A stretch of DNA of 64,000 nt from a virus (lineage: Duplodnaviria > Caudoviricetes): the IMG/VR virus record IMGVR_UViG_3300009037_000003, positions 64,001 to 128,000 of that record; one strand, 5' to 3'. The notes below the pieces were generated by a model that saw only the letters and a program-made list of their open reading frames with translations, had not been told where the DNA came from and searched no databases. Position numbers and translations under genes: made by a program. Positions 39,601 through 47,148 of the stretch are shown piece by piece (positions within the stretch are counted from its first letter, which is position 1; each line of letters starts with the position of its first letter).

Positions 39601-39913
39601 TAGGAACTCTCCTGCAAGACATATGATATCCAAGAAACTTAAGTTCGTGCAAATCTAGCTCAGAAAATACACTTCTGATTTGTGCATTCCCCTTGTCCAA
39701 GATGCTTTTTCTGACACGATCCCAAATAATCCTATTATTTCGCTGAGTCTCTGTCAGCGAATCCTCCGAAAGCCCGAATCCCCAAAGAGACGGACCGAAA
39801 ACACTCTCTATCTCGGCAATTGAGAAAATAAAGCATGTTTGCATTTTCTTTTCGACGATACTCTTAAGTCGACACCTTGTACTGTTAGCAACTATTTCAT
39901 TACGTTCTGACAT
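39587..39913 (-). CDS. Hypothetical phage protein
   Basis: 108-aa ORF coupled to both neighbours. Confidence 0.6.
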   Translation of the reverse strand: MSERNEIVANSTRCRLKSIVEKKMQTCFIFSIAEIESVFGPSLWGFGLSEDSLTETQRNNRIIWDRVRKSILDKGNAQIRSVFSELDLHELKFLGYHMSCRRVPNGRQ

Positions 39914-39914
39914 T

Positions 39915-41003
39915 TTAAGACCTCTTTAGTCTATTACGTTGCATTTCAGCCAATTGTTGTTTCATGCCGAGCTGACTATCCGGCATATGCTGCTCTAGCA
40001 CAGTACCATCTGAATTAACCTTTTTTTGCCGAGCTTGTACTGTAATTCTATCCGGACGCTTATTCATTTCGTAGACTATTTTAGCTCCAGCTTTATCCGT
40101 AGGAATGAACTGTTCGCCGATACCATTTTTCACATGCTGATTGGACGATGGCACGGCATGTTGTTTCGACCTATTCTCTATTGCCTCTCCTTGTCTAATG
40201 AACCATGAATCTAGCAAATCGTCATCGTCTATGATTTCCTGACACGGCCTTTCGTATGCCCCGTACACTGAATCGTATATAGTCGACCAATACACTAGTT
40301 CTCGCTGATTAGAAGACCAATTAGCAATAGATGAGTCAAACAGGTGCCCCGCTTGTTGTCTGGCTATCTCCCAATATGATCGCCAGTGTTGAGACCTAGC
40401 GAGCTCTCTAATTGCCTTAGACGGAATCTTTGTCTTATGGAAAAAGAGTTCGCATAATTGATTGATCAGGGAATTGTCTGTATAATTATCAAAATCTTCT
40501 GCGGTTGACCAAAATCTACTATGATCTATAGTTTCCGTAGCGTGGTAGATCAAACTTCTCTGTTTCATTAATTCGGCATGAGCTTCTGCGCTATTCTGAA
40601 GAAGTATATACTTCGCATAAAGATGCCTAGTGAGTATTTCTTCCGCATTTCTCAATACCGATTTCGCCTTTGCCAGTTGGGTCTTATTCAAGAATAAATC
40701 CAAAAGCCCACGACGAATAGTCTTTATGTCATTCTGCAAACCGACAATGGTGGCTTCTTTATCGTTGCTCCATCTGCCAATTTTTATTAGTTCATCTAGA
40801 ACAACATCCTCAGAAGACAAGCCGACCATGAGAGCTTTTTGAAACTCTGTGTCATAAACGACCGCTGCCTTCGCTTGTGCCTCAGCCGTAGGAGTTTTTA
40901 ACAAAAGTGACAATAATTGTTTGTCGACAGTTTGCACAACAACAGGAACGCAGTTCCAGGCAATTCTGGCAATCAATCTTTCTTGTGCGGATGAACTAAG
41001 CAT
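39915..41003 (-). CDS. Putative tail assembly chaperone (paralogue of 38725-39600)
   Basis: Start moved to ATG 41003 because a promoter and terminator lie at 41046-41091; P.QEIIDDDDLLDSW motif. Confidence 0.5.
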   Translation of the reverse strand: MLSSSAQERLIARIAWNCVPVVVQTVDKQLLSLLLKTPTAEAQAKAAVVYDTEFQKALMVGLSSEDVVLDELIKIGRWSNDKEATIVGLQNDIKTIRRGLLDLFLNKTQLAKAKSVLRNAEEILTRHLYAKYILLQNSAEAHAELMKQRSLIYHATETIDHSRFWSTAEDFDNYTDNSLINQLCELFFHKTKIPSKAIRELARSQHWRSYWEIARQQAGHLFDSSIANWSSNQRELVYWSTIYDSVYGAYERPCQEIIDDDDLLDSWFIRQGEAIENRSKQHAVPSSNQHVKNGIGEQFIPTDKAGAKIVYEMNKRPDRITVQARQKKVNSDGTVLEQHMPDSQLGMKQQLAEMQRNRLKRS

Positions 41004-41045
41004 TGTGCAATCCCAGTACAAAAACTGTCCTGCTGTCCTATCGTA

Positions 41046-41054
41046 ATTATACAC
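41046..41054 (-). promoter_or_regulatory. Class I (late) promoter motif GTGTATAAT
   Basis: Immediately downstream of a terminator; heads the chaperone-tape measure operon. Confidence 0.7.
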
Positions 41055-41058
41055 CCCA

Positions 41059-41091
41059 ATAAAAAAAGCCGCAAACAATCGTCTGCGGCTT
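41059..41091 (-). terminator. Intrinsic terminator
   Basis: AAGCCGCAGAC-GATT-GTTTGCGGC followed by T7. Confidence 0.85.
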
Positions 41092-41116
41092 AGTTATGAT
41101 TTACTGACCAGTACTA

Positions 41117-41656
41117 TTAGAAGTACAATTTCTCTTTCAAACCAGTCGGTCTACATTCTACGATTACCAGAACTGTCACTAGAGAGCCGGTACTAACATA
41201 GGCATCCTCTACTTGCGCGCTCAAAGTAGCTCTTAGCGAACCACCCTTAGGTATCGCTACGTATGTCTGATCTAGCACATGCGTACCGTCACCTGGAGCA
41301 GCGACAGCCAAAGCGTCTGTAGCCTTATCTTTGATCGAAGCACTTGCCAATAATGTGTCCCAACCAGGTGTCGTAGGAGCAGCTGGCGATGCGTCCACTT
41401 CGTCTGATCTCTGAACGATGATTGACACAGCACCACCGGTTCCGTTAAAATCTGCTGTAGTTAGTGACTGAACGACGGCTACTACGCTGATAACTTCGAT
41501 CGGAAATGGGCAATCTTTGTTGAAGAAGTTTTCCGTATCGGTTACTGCAGTGCCCGATTCTGTAGGAGTGGCAGAAAGCGTTTTTACCATCTTAAATGTT
41601 TTGGAGGGAGGATTGCTGTTTGTTCCGAATGTGTCTGTTATTAGATTTACTGCCAT
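41117..41656 (-). CDS. Probable abundant virion beta-sandwich protein
   Basis: Ala/Thr/Val-rich 179 aa; monocistronic with its own late promoter and terminator. Confidence 0.5.
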   Translation of the reverse strand: MAVNLITDTFGTNSNPPSKTFKMVKTLSATPTESGTAVTDTENFFNKDCPFPIEVISVVAVVQSLTTADFNGTGGAVSIIVQRSDEVDASPAAPTTPGWDTLLASASIKDKATDALAVAAPGDGTHVLDQTYVAIPKGGSLRATLSAQVEDAYVSTGSLVTVLVIVECRPTGLKEKLYF

Positions 41657-41660
41657 ACTG

Positions 41661-41718
41661 AGACCTTTCTTTGCGATAAGGCCAAAAGAATTCCGATCCG
41701 ACGCCGAATCGAAGGTCT
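41661..41718 (-). promoter_or_regulatory. Structured 5' UTR (three-way junction) sequestering the ribosome-binding site
   Basis: AGACCU/AGGUCU closes hairpins CGAUUCG-GCGU-CGGAUCG and UUCUUU..AAAGAA. Confidence 0.5.
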
Positions 41719-41736
41719 AATGGATTCACCGTTATT

Positions 41737-41745
41737 ATTATACAC
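41737..41745 (-). promoter_or_regulatory. Class I (late) promoter motif GTGTATAAT
   Basis: Overlaps the RNA ligase stop codon. Confidence 0.65.
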
Positions 41746-42790
41746 AAACGTTGTTATCAGGACGAATAATCTTCATTATCAAATCGTCAAGTCTATCAGC
41801 GGCATTGTCAAAAAGAAGGAATAAGATGGCAGGATGCTTAGTCTTACTCGCCAATCTAGCAAAATCAGCACGACAACCAAGGTTCATGTTCACTAATCTG
41901 CCATAATCAGCTAGTGCCTGTTCCATGACAGATGTATATGCAGTTTCGAGAGATGATGAAATTGCCGAAAATAATCCTTGATACTCTGGGTCTATCTGCG
42001 AAGCTACGTCCGATAGTACCTTGCCATCCTTCATGTTGTTCCAAATAGCCAGAGGGGTAAGGCCGTTCAGTAGACGGTGTCGACGCATATAGTCTTCTAG
42101 TTTGAATTTAACCCGTAAACCGTTATCAAACCGAATCACATAACCTTCTTCTGTCGTGCCTCTGCCTGTCTTAATGTTTCCCTTGATGTATCCGAGCCAT
42201 GTTTTATCATAGGTTTTTACTAGACTGAAATGATATCTACTTGCCAGCTCTGACAAATACTCCCAGGAACACTCCTCTCTGGTGAATCTATCATAAGCGG
42301 CAAGTAAAATCAAATCTGTGCAACCTGCGTAATCAACAACAATTTTCGTAGCCGGACAGACGATTTCGAATAACAGGGTAAGATTTTCTGGCAAACCTTC
42401 CAGATTATATCGTTCTAGGAAATCTGTTGCCCACTTAGCCACAGCATTATCAAAAGAACCCCTGGTGGCAATACAGAATTTGCCATTATAGCGATACAAA
42501 ATCCCTAGCCATCCATCTACTTTTTCATAAATTCTGAAACCATCTTTCCAGGGCAAATTACGATCCATCGTATCGTTGCGCTGGTTGACATTAAAAAACT
42601 TGGGGAACGGCTGAGCGACAACTTCACCCGTTTTTCTGTTCAGGATAATGCCTCTCGTGTTCGAAGTAATATCGTCCCACAATTTGCAGGTATCGAGATA
42701 GTTGTAGATACGCAGATCGCCCATGTCCTGATGTCGCAATAGCTTTCTGGCGACATAATCATCTCTTATTGTTACGTGGTCATAATTCAT
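41738..42790 (-). CDS. T4 Rnl1-family RNA ligase
   Basis: RGII...PFPKFFN, motif I EKVDG, ATRGSF, LLFEI, motif IV EGYVI, motif V RVKFK. Confidence 0.88.
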   Translation of the reverse strand: MNYDHVTIRDDYVARKLLRHQDMGDLRIYNYLDTCKLWDDITSNTRGIILNRKTGEVVAQPFPKFFNVNQRNDTMDRNLPWKDGFRIYEKVDGWLGILYRYNGKFCIATRGSFDNAVAKWATDFLERYNLEGLPENLTLLFEIVCPATKIVVDYAGCTDLILLAAYDRFTREECSWEYLSELASRYHFSLVKTYDKTWLGYIKGNIKTGRGTTEEGYVIRFDNGLRVKFKLEDYMRRHRLLNGLTPLAIWNNMKDGKVLSDVASQIDPEYQGLFSAISSSLETAYTSVMEQALADYGRLVNMNLGCRADFARLASKTKHPAILFLLFDNAADRLDDLIMKIIRPDNNVCV

Positions 42791-42984
42791 TTTTTATCGT
42801 CTCGGTGTTCGAAATAATGGATCTGTGCGAGCCGTTCCTTCGCTTCTTTCTCTGTCGCATAACAGCCTAATTTGTTGCCAGTCTTGCCGTATACGCAATA
42901 TGGTTTCCGCGAAGAACCATTTTTCCTTATAACGGCCTGAGCTGAATTCAGAGCTTTTATTAGTTCGTCGATCCAGTCCGTCAT
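42787..42984 (-). CDS. Small phage protein
   Basis: AAGGAG Shine-Dalgarno; IRK.G....YCV...G.KLGCY.T...A..RL.QI motif. Confidence 0.6.
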   Translation of the reverse strand: MTDWIDELIKALNSAQAVIRKNGSSRKPYCVYGKTGNKLGCYATEKEAKERLAQIHYFEHRDDKK

Positions 42985-42994
42985 ATAAAACTCC

Positions 42995-43138
42995 TTACAT
43001 ATTGTCGTACATCAATTCCAGACAGACGTCCCAATCGTTTTCACACGCAGTAATATCGTACCCCCCGACATTCTCTAGCAATGTGCATCCGCTCAGAATT
43101 ATACATACAGCTACAAGCCATAGTCTCTTATCCCGCAT
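42995..43138 (-). CDS. Small lipoprotein (47 aa), absent from the ORF track
   Basis: MRDKRLWLVAVCIILSG|C: basic n-region, hydrophobic h-region, LSGC lipobox; AAAGGA Shine-Dalgarno; fills the gap between neighbours. Confidence 0.7.
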   Translation of the reverse strand: MRDKRLWLVAVCIILSGCTLLENVGGYDITACENDWDVCLELMYDNM

Positions 43139-43325
43139 TGTTTTTTCCTTTTTTCTTAAGATGCCTCGGTTTCTTCATTGGAGGGAACATCTGATAGATT
43201 TCTGACGCAGATAATTTGTCCAATTCGGATAGCCATGATCTTTCAACTGCTTCCGTCCAAACGTTCGGCGAATTCAAATATGATAATACTTCATGGTCTA
43301 TTGGCTGCTGCTTCTTGATTCTCAT
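43128..43325 (-). CDS. Hypothetical protein
   Basis: AAGGAG Shine-Dalgarno; 65 aa; basic C-terminus. Confidence 0.6.
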   Translation of the reverse strand: MRIKKQQPIDHEVLSYLNSPNVWTEAVERSWLSELDKLSASEIYQMFPPMKKPRHLKKKGKNNAG

Positions 43326-43353
43326 TTCGTTACTCCTTTAGGTCATTTTCGAC

Positions 43354-43490
43354 TGGCGACAGGCGGATTCGAACCGACCACCCCATGTTTTCCCTCTTTG
43401 GTCCTAGTAGATACGAGGACGGACTTACGGGGATCAAACCGAATGATTGCTCTCCAGAGCAGCGCCGCCTAACTATGGCGCTTTGTCGCC
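43354..43490 (-). ncRNA. Non-canonical tRNA-like RNA (137 nt)
   Basis: 7-bp acceptor GGCGACA/UGUCGCC plus A discriminator, D-like arm with GG, GGUUCGAAUCC T loop; three internal hairpins instead of one anticodon arm. Confidence 0.75.
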
Positions 43491-43787
43491 TCAGAATGAC
43501 AAATAGCATATCCACCACAAGGATAGCATGACAGTAAAAGTTATGCTGAATGAATTTGCGAATTTTGCCAACCACGTTCCACGTCTTTTGGTTACCGCAA
43601 AGAAAATAGCATAGCATGAGATACAGGTAATAGCGATTTTGAAAACCACTAACCCATAAAGACCATAACTACGCCATATATTATCGGCTATCGGATTAAG
43701 TTCTACGAAGTATGGATTAATGGCATCGCAGTGAATCGTTGCCAGAAGATCTATAATTGATATTAATAGTACCGAAATATAAGCCAT
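43491..43787 (-). CDS. Small three-TM membrane protein (DUF5658-like)
   Basis: IDLLAT...ELNP.A...G...LVVFK pattern. Confidence 0.6.
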   Translation of the reverse strand: MAYISVLLISIIDLLATIHCDAINPYFVELNPIADNIWRSYGLYGLVVFKIAITCISCYAIFFAVTKRRGTWLAKFANSFSITFTVMLSLWWICYLSF

Positions 43788-43796
43788 AAGTCACAT

Positions 43797-43832
43797 AAAA
43801 AAACGGGGCTGATCGCGATGGATGAGCCCCGT
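43797..43832 (-). terminator. Intrinsic terminator / attenuator
   Basis: ACGGGGCT-N14-AGCCCCG followed by T7. Confidence 0.8.
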
Positions 43833-43898
43833 GGTCATAAGGTAGCGAAATCCTGCAGAATGGCGTAACGTGACGCCTGCCCACTGCATTATGATTTC
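43797..43898 (-). ncRNA. Candidate small RNA or attenuator leader (about 100 nt)
   Basis: Bounded by a class I promoter and a terminator; nested stems UGCAG/CUGCA and GGCGU/ACGCC. Confidence 0.5.
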
Positions 43899-43903
43899 AA
43901 CTG

Positions 43904-43912
43904 ATTATACAC
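43904..43912 (-). promoter_or_regulatory. Class I (late) promoter motif GTGTATAAT
   Basis: Intergenic copy of the motif. Confidence 0.7.
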
Positions 43913-43940
43913 CACGACATCCAATCTACTAACTATTTTG

Positions 43941-44222
43941 TTATATTTTGCAACAACGTAGATATTCTTTCCAAATTGCCGCACGGAAAGACTTGTCGAA
44001 CTTTTTGATTGCTCTTGTAAGCGACTTCTTTCTGCCCTCGGCCTTGCAGAAGTTATCATCAGGATGACAATTGGCTTCGGCTACGCTGATAATCTTATCT
44101 CGTCGATATCCATTCGAGTCATCGTCTGGCCTCATTTGATACACAGTCGCTACTGTACGGCGGTCTGTTTCGTAGTGAAATGAAATAGAGGAAATTTGCC
44201 CGTTGTGTTTAACCAATATCAT
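43941..44222 (-). CDS. Hypothetical phage protein
   Basis: GGAG Shine-Dalgarno; A.CHPDDNFCK..GRK.SL.RA motif. Confidence 0.65.
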   Translation of the reverse strand: MILVKHNGQISSISFHYETDRRTVATVYQMRPDDDSNGYRRDKIISVAEANCHPDDNFCKAEGRKKSLTRAIKKFDKSFRAAIWKEYLRCCKI

Positions 44223-44257
44223 TTTATTGCTCCAAAAATCATATTATCTACCATCCT

Positions 44258-44286
44258 ATTATACGCCTATATCGCCCGTATCTTTC
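44258..44286 (-). promoter_or_regulatory. Class II promoter GAAAGA-N17-TATAAT
   Basis: Directly after the tail-tube terminator. Confidence 0.55.
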
Positions 44287-44325
44287 AAAAAAAACAAGGA
44301 TGGAGAGTCGAAACTCTCCATCCTA
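44287..44325 (-). terminator. Intrinsic terminator of the major tail gene
   Basis: AGGATGGAGAGT-TTCG-ACTCTCCATCCT, then TG and T8. Confidence 0.9.
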
Positions 44326-44347
44326 GCTGTTTTGTCTAATTTTATTG

Positions 44348-45463
44348 CTATTGACCAGCGGGATCCTGTGGGTGTGTTACAGTGAGAGTATTGAAGTTGC
44401 TATAATTAAGTGTTACTGCAACAGACCCGCCGCTAGCATCGCCGCCACCGTACGTGATAGAAGTAAGTTTGTTTTTTGTACCAAGGTTAATCTGTGTACC
44501 TTCTTCTATCCAGATGAAAATCTTCTGATTCGTAAGGTTACTGCCACTTGGAGGATCGGCTAGTGCGTCGATCAAATCGCCTTCTTGTGTCGTCATCTCG
44601 ATAGCACATGTAACCTCGATCGGGAATGATACGAATCGATGATATGGGCCGCGACGTCCAAGTTCGAACAGGTCCTCGCGACCAAGATCGGCAGAAATCG
44701 TAACGTTCTGAATGTGAGCAGCATAGGAAGAACCAGACAGAAGGTTGTGACCGTTACTGTCTATGCCTTCCATTTCTGTTGGCCAAATCGAACCGCTAGT
44801 GCCTGTGATAACACCATTATTGTCCATTGAACAACCGTCGCCCATCAAAATATTTTCTCTTCTAGCTACACCACCAGACGAAGTGATAGACAAAGGCTCG
44901 TCTGAACCGGTAAATTCTGTCGGAACAAAGTGTGTTAATCCGCCCGCGACCCATTGCTTGTTGTTGCCTACGAGTGTAAGATCTTCGGTGAAATTCCCAT
45001 CCACCGGAAGCGTATATGTGAGAGCCGATGTGTATAGGCCGGAAAGACCGACACCCTGGTTCGCTATGCCGGACGCATTATCGTTGGTGTCCGGATACAA
45101 GTTCAGGGCCATGAAGCATCTATCATTTGCTCGTCCAGCTAATGTCGGAGACGTTGCAGTCGGCGTAGCTAGGTGATATAGTAATGGGTGTCCATCAAGT
45201 AGTTTCTGCAGTGTTACTTCTATATCGGGAATACCCTCGATGTTTTCATAAAGTTCCAGTTGACCAAGTTCAAAAACTTGTTCAAGATTGAACGTGGTAG
45301 TGATTCCAACACTCTGTACGCCATGTGCTGTTACAAAACCAGATGGGTGCGTTCCGGAGCCAACAACCTCGCATCCGCCGACTCCAGTCGGACAAACCGA
45401 ATCGTGCGGCGCAAACCCAACTGCCTGCAAAGCATAGAACAATCTATTACTCATATTTGACAC
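44348..45463 (-). CDS. Major tail (tube) protein
   Basis: GVQSVGITT.FNLEQVFELGQ and duplicated IQNVTIS..LGREDLFELG; own promoter and strong terminator; synteny. Confidence 0.7.
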   Translation of the reverse strand: MSNMSNRLFYALQAVGFAPHDSVCPTGVGGCEVVGSGTHPSGFVTAHGVQSVGITTTFNLEQVFELGQLELYENIEGIPDIEVTLQKLLDGHPLLYHLATPTATSPTLAGRANDRCFMALNLYPDTNDNASGIANQGVGLSGLYTSALTYTLPVDGNFTEDLTLVGNNKQWVAGGLTHFVPTEFTGSDEPLSITSSGGVARRENILMGDGCSMDNNGVITGTSGSIWPTEMEGIDSNGHNLLSGSSYAAHIQNVTISADLGREDLFELGRRGPYHRFVSFPIEVTCAIEMTTQEGDLIDALADPPSGSNLTNQKIFIWIEEGTQINLGTKNKLTSITYGGGDASGGSVAVTLNYSNFNTLTVTHPQDPAGQ

Positions 45464-45511
45464 GCTGCCTTTCTGTTACCACTATCGTAATTGATAGCTA
45501 TCCAGTACTGT

Positions 45512-45520
45512 TTTATACAC
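45512..45520 (-). promoter_or_regulatory. Class I (late) promoter motif GTGTATAAA
   Basis: Intergenic, upstream of the major tail gene. Confidence 0.65.
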
Positions 45521-45524
45521 AAAA

Positions 45525-46448
45525 TTATATTCCGCCAACATCTACTTCGATCTCGAAAACTACCCGTGATCTGAATAACTTTGCGTTCAATGAATTAATC
45601 ATAGACGGCTTGCTGTTAACGACACGTAATTTTTTCCACGGATATGTAGCAACCATATTCGGCCAATTCGTAATTCCATTAACAATATCGCCGTATTCGT
45701 CGAATGGCGTTGCGATAGCATTCATATCTGCCATCCAAAATGTAGTATGCCCTTGATAATCCAGCCAATCGGTTAGCAGGTTCCTATCGTTTGGGTTATC
45801 TGCAAAAATATGGAAAGTAATGAATCGTGTTTTGATCTGACCACCGCCGAGTTGTAATCCCCTTTGCGACCCATTTCCCATTTCTATGAAAATACTAGGC
45901 AGCCAAACTTGATGTTCTCTGGCGGGCGTACCAGATGGAGAAGTGTCCGTGATGAACTCTTCTACAGCATTAAGCATAATGATACGGAATGCTTCGCTAT
46001 CAGCAAATCCAGTATGAACATATCTACCTACATATTCGAGCCTAATATCTTCGTTTCCAGACTTGGGTTCGTCAAAAATTACCCTGCCATGTAAATAATC
46101 TATATGATGAGTATTCAAACCAACTGTATCGTTGGAGTAGAAGCTTCCATCTATATATACCCCCGATGGTCTAACTGATTCGCTGCCTGGAACCACACCG
46201 CTTTCCCATACGAATTCACGAGCAGAAGCCTCCCAAACGCATCCAGAAGAATACCTATTATCCTCCACAGAATGTAATTTGGTTTCATCACTATCGTACC
46301 AACTGCTAGAGTCATAAGTATTCGTAGTGTAAGCACCGTTACCAAGCATATTGTGATCAATAAAAAACTTAAGATTATGCAATACTTGGTCGGTAAACGC
46401 ATAACCGCCAAATCCGTTAGAATCTATACCGCGAAAGCTAGTAGACAT
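45525..46448 (-). CDS. Putative tail terminator/completion protein
   Basis: LPSIFIE...QLGGG...FHIFA....DRN.L.D pattern; precedes the tube gene. Confidence 0.55.
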   Translation of the reverse strand: MSTSFRGIDSNGFGGYAFTDQVLHNLKFFIDHNMLGNGAYTTNTYDSSSWYDSDETKLHSVEDNRYSSGCVWEASAREFVWESGVVPGSESVRPSGVYIDGSFYSNDTVGLNTHHIDYLHGRVIFDEPKSGNEDIRLEYVGRYVHTGFADSEAFRIIMLNAVEEFITDTSPSGTPAREHQVWLPSIFIEMGNGSQRGLQLGGGQIKTRFITFHIFADNPNDRNLLTDWLDYQGHTTFWMADMNAIATPFDEYGDIVNGITNWPNMVATYPWKKLRVVNSKPSMINSLNAKLFRSRVVFEIEVDVGGI

Positions 46449-46456
46449 ACCGATTC

Positions 46457-47146
46457 CTATCCGATAATATCCATAACAATTGTCCCAATCTCTTCCGCAA
46501 AAGCTCGCTGTCTGATGGCATATTCGATAAAGTTTTGACCAGCGTTCCCTGAAATAATTGCTGGCAGCACATAACCACCACCGCCGCCGAGCTCTTCCAG
46601 GGACACCATAATAGCCCTACGGCTACGAGAACACTTATTGATTCTGGTATCCATCTTCGAACTGTATCCACGGAAAATTATCTCATACGATGCTTGGCCT
46701 ATATCTATGCTCGGATCTATCAACAACCATCCCAAAACCGGGATCTCTATTCCGGATGATTTGGATATATACGTAGCGCCAGGCAGTGATAAATATGTTT
46801 GCCAATTGTCGTCGACAGCTTGGATGCTGATAGAGACAGAATTACCTGTCCCGACACTAGCAAGCCGAAATGAATTCCGAATCATCTCTTCCATGCCATC
46901 GACCAATGACTTAGCTAGTACCGGTGTTAAACCAAGATGCGCTTGAAGATCTATGGATCCTGTGTTCAGAATAGACTGAACTACCTGGGTTTTTCGGAAT
47001 CTATCTACTACCCTGTTCATCACAGCTTTGTCAATTTGCTGCGCGTTCGTCATAACTTTCTGGGAAAAATAGACAGAACCTTCCTGCATAATTCCGGCAG
47101 TAAGTTGCGACTTTGTTTTTCCGCTAACTTCTAGTCTAATCTTCAT
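46457..47146 (-). CDS. Putative neck/tail completion protein
   Basis: Synteny; IP.LGWLL and NFI..AI motifs. Confidence 0.45.
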   Translation of the reverse strand: MKIRLEVSGKTKSQLTAGIMQEGSVYFSQKVMTNAQQIDKAVMNRVVDRFRKTQVVQSILNTGSIDLQAHLGLTPVLAKSLVDGMEEMIRNSFRLASVGTGNSVSISIQAVDDNWQTYLSLPGATYISKSSGIEIPVLGWLLIDPSIDIGQASYEIIFRGYSSKMDTRINKCSRSRRAIMVSLEELGGGGGYVLPAIISGNAGQNFIEYAIRQRAFAEEIGTIVMDIIG

Positions 47147-47148
47147 GA

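Noticed and set aside
38725-41003. Programmed -1 frameshift in the tail chaperone genes
   Set aside because: No convincing slippery heptamer at the ORF ends, and each ORF has its own start.
43354-43490. Ordinary tRNA (Ser-GGA or Pro-CGG), tRNA-Sec or tmRNA
   Set aside because: No 5-bp stem with a 7-nt loop around GGA; the CGG hairpin has only 4 bp and lacks a purine 37; no UCA anticodon loop; no G3-U70 pair or tag ORF, and it is far too short for tmRNA.
43330-43617. 95-aa ORF from the track
   Set aside because: It overlaps the membrane-protein gene out of frame and runs across the tRNA-like RNA; no recognisable features.
43426-43832. 9/10 complementarity between leader ACGGGGCUCA and UGAUCCCCGU of the tRNA-like RNA
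   Set aside because: Short and GC-run driven, and both segments already have local partners; chance cannot be excluded.
43797-43900. Known riboswitch or hammerhead ribozyme
   Set aside because: I could not find the conserved cores (e.g. CUGAUGA...GAAA, or fluoride, ZTP and c-di-GMP consensus) on either strand by eye; an Rfam scan is still needed.
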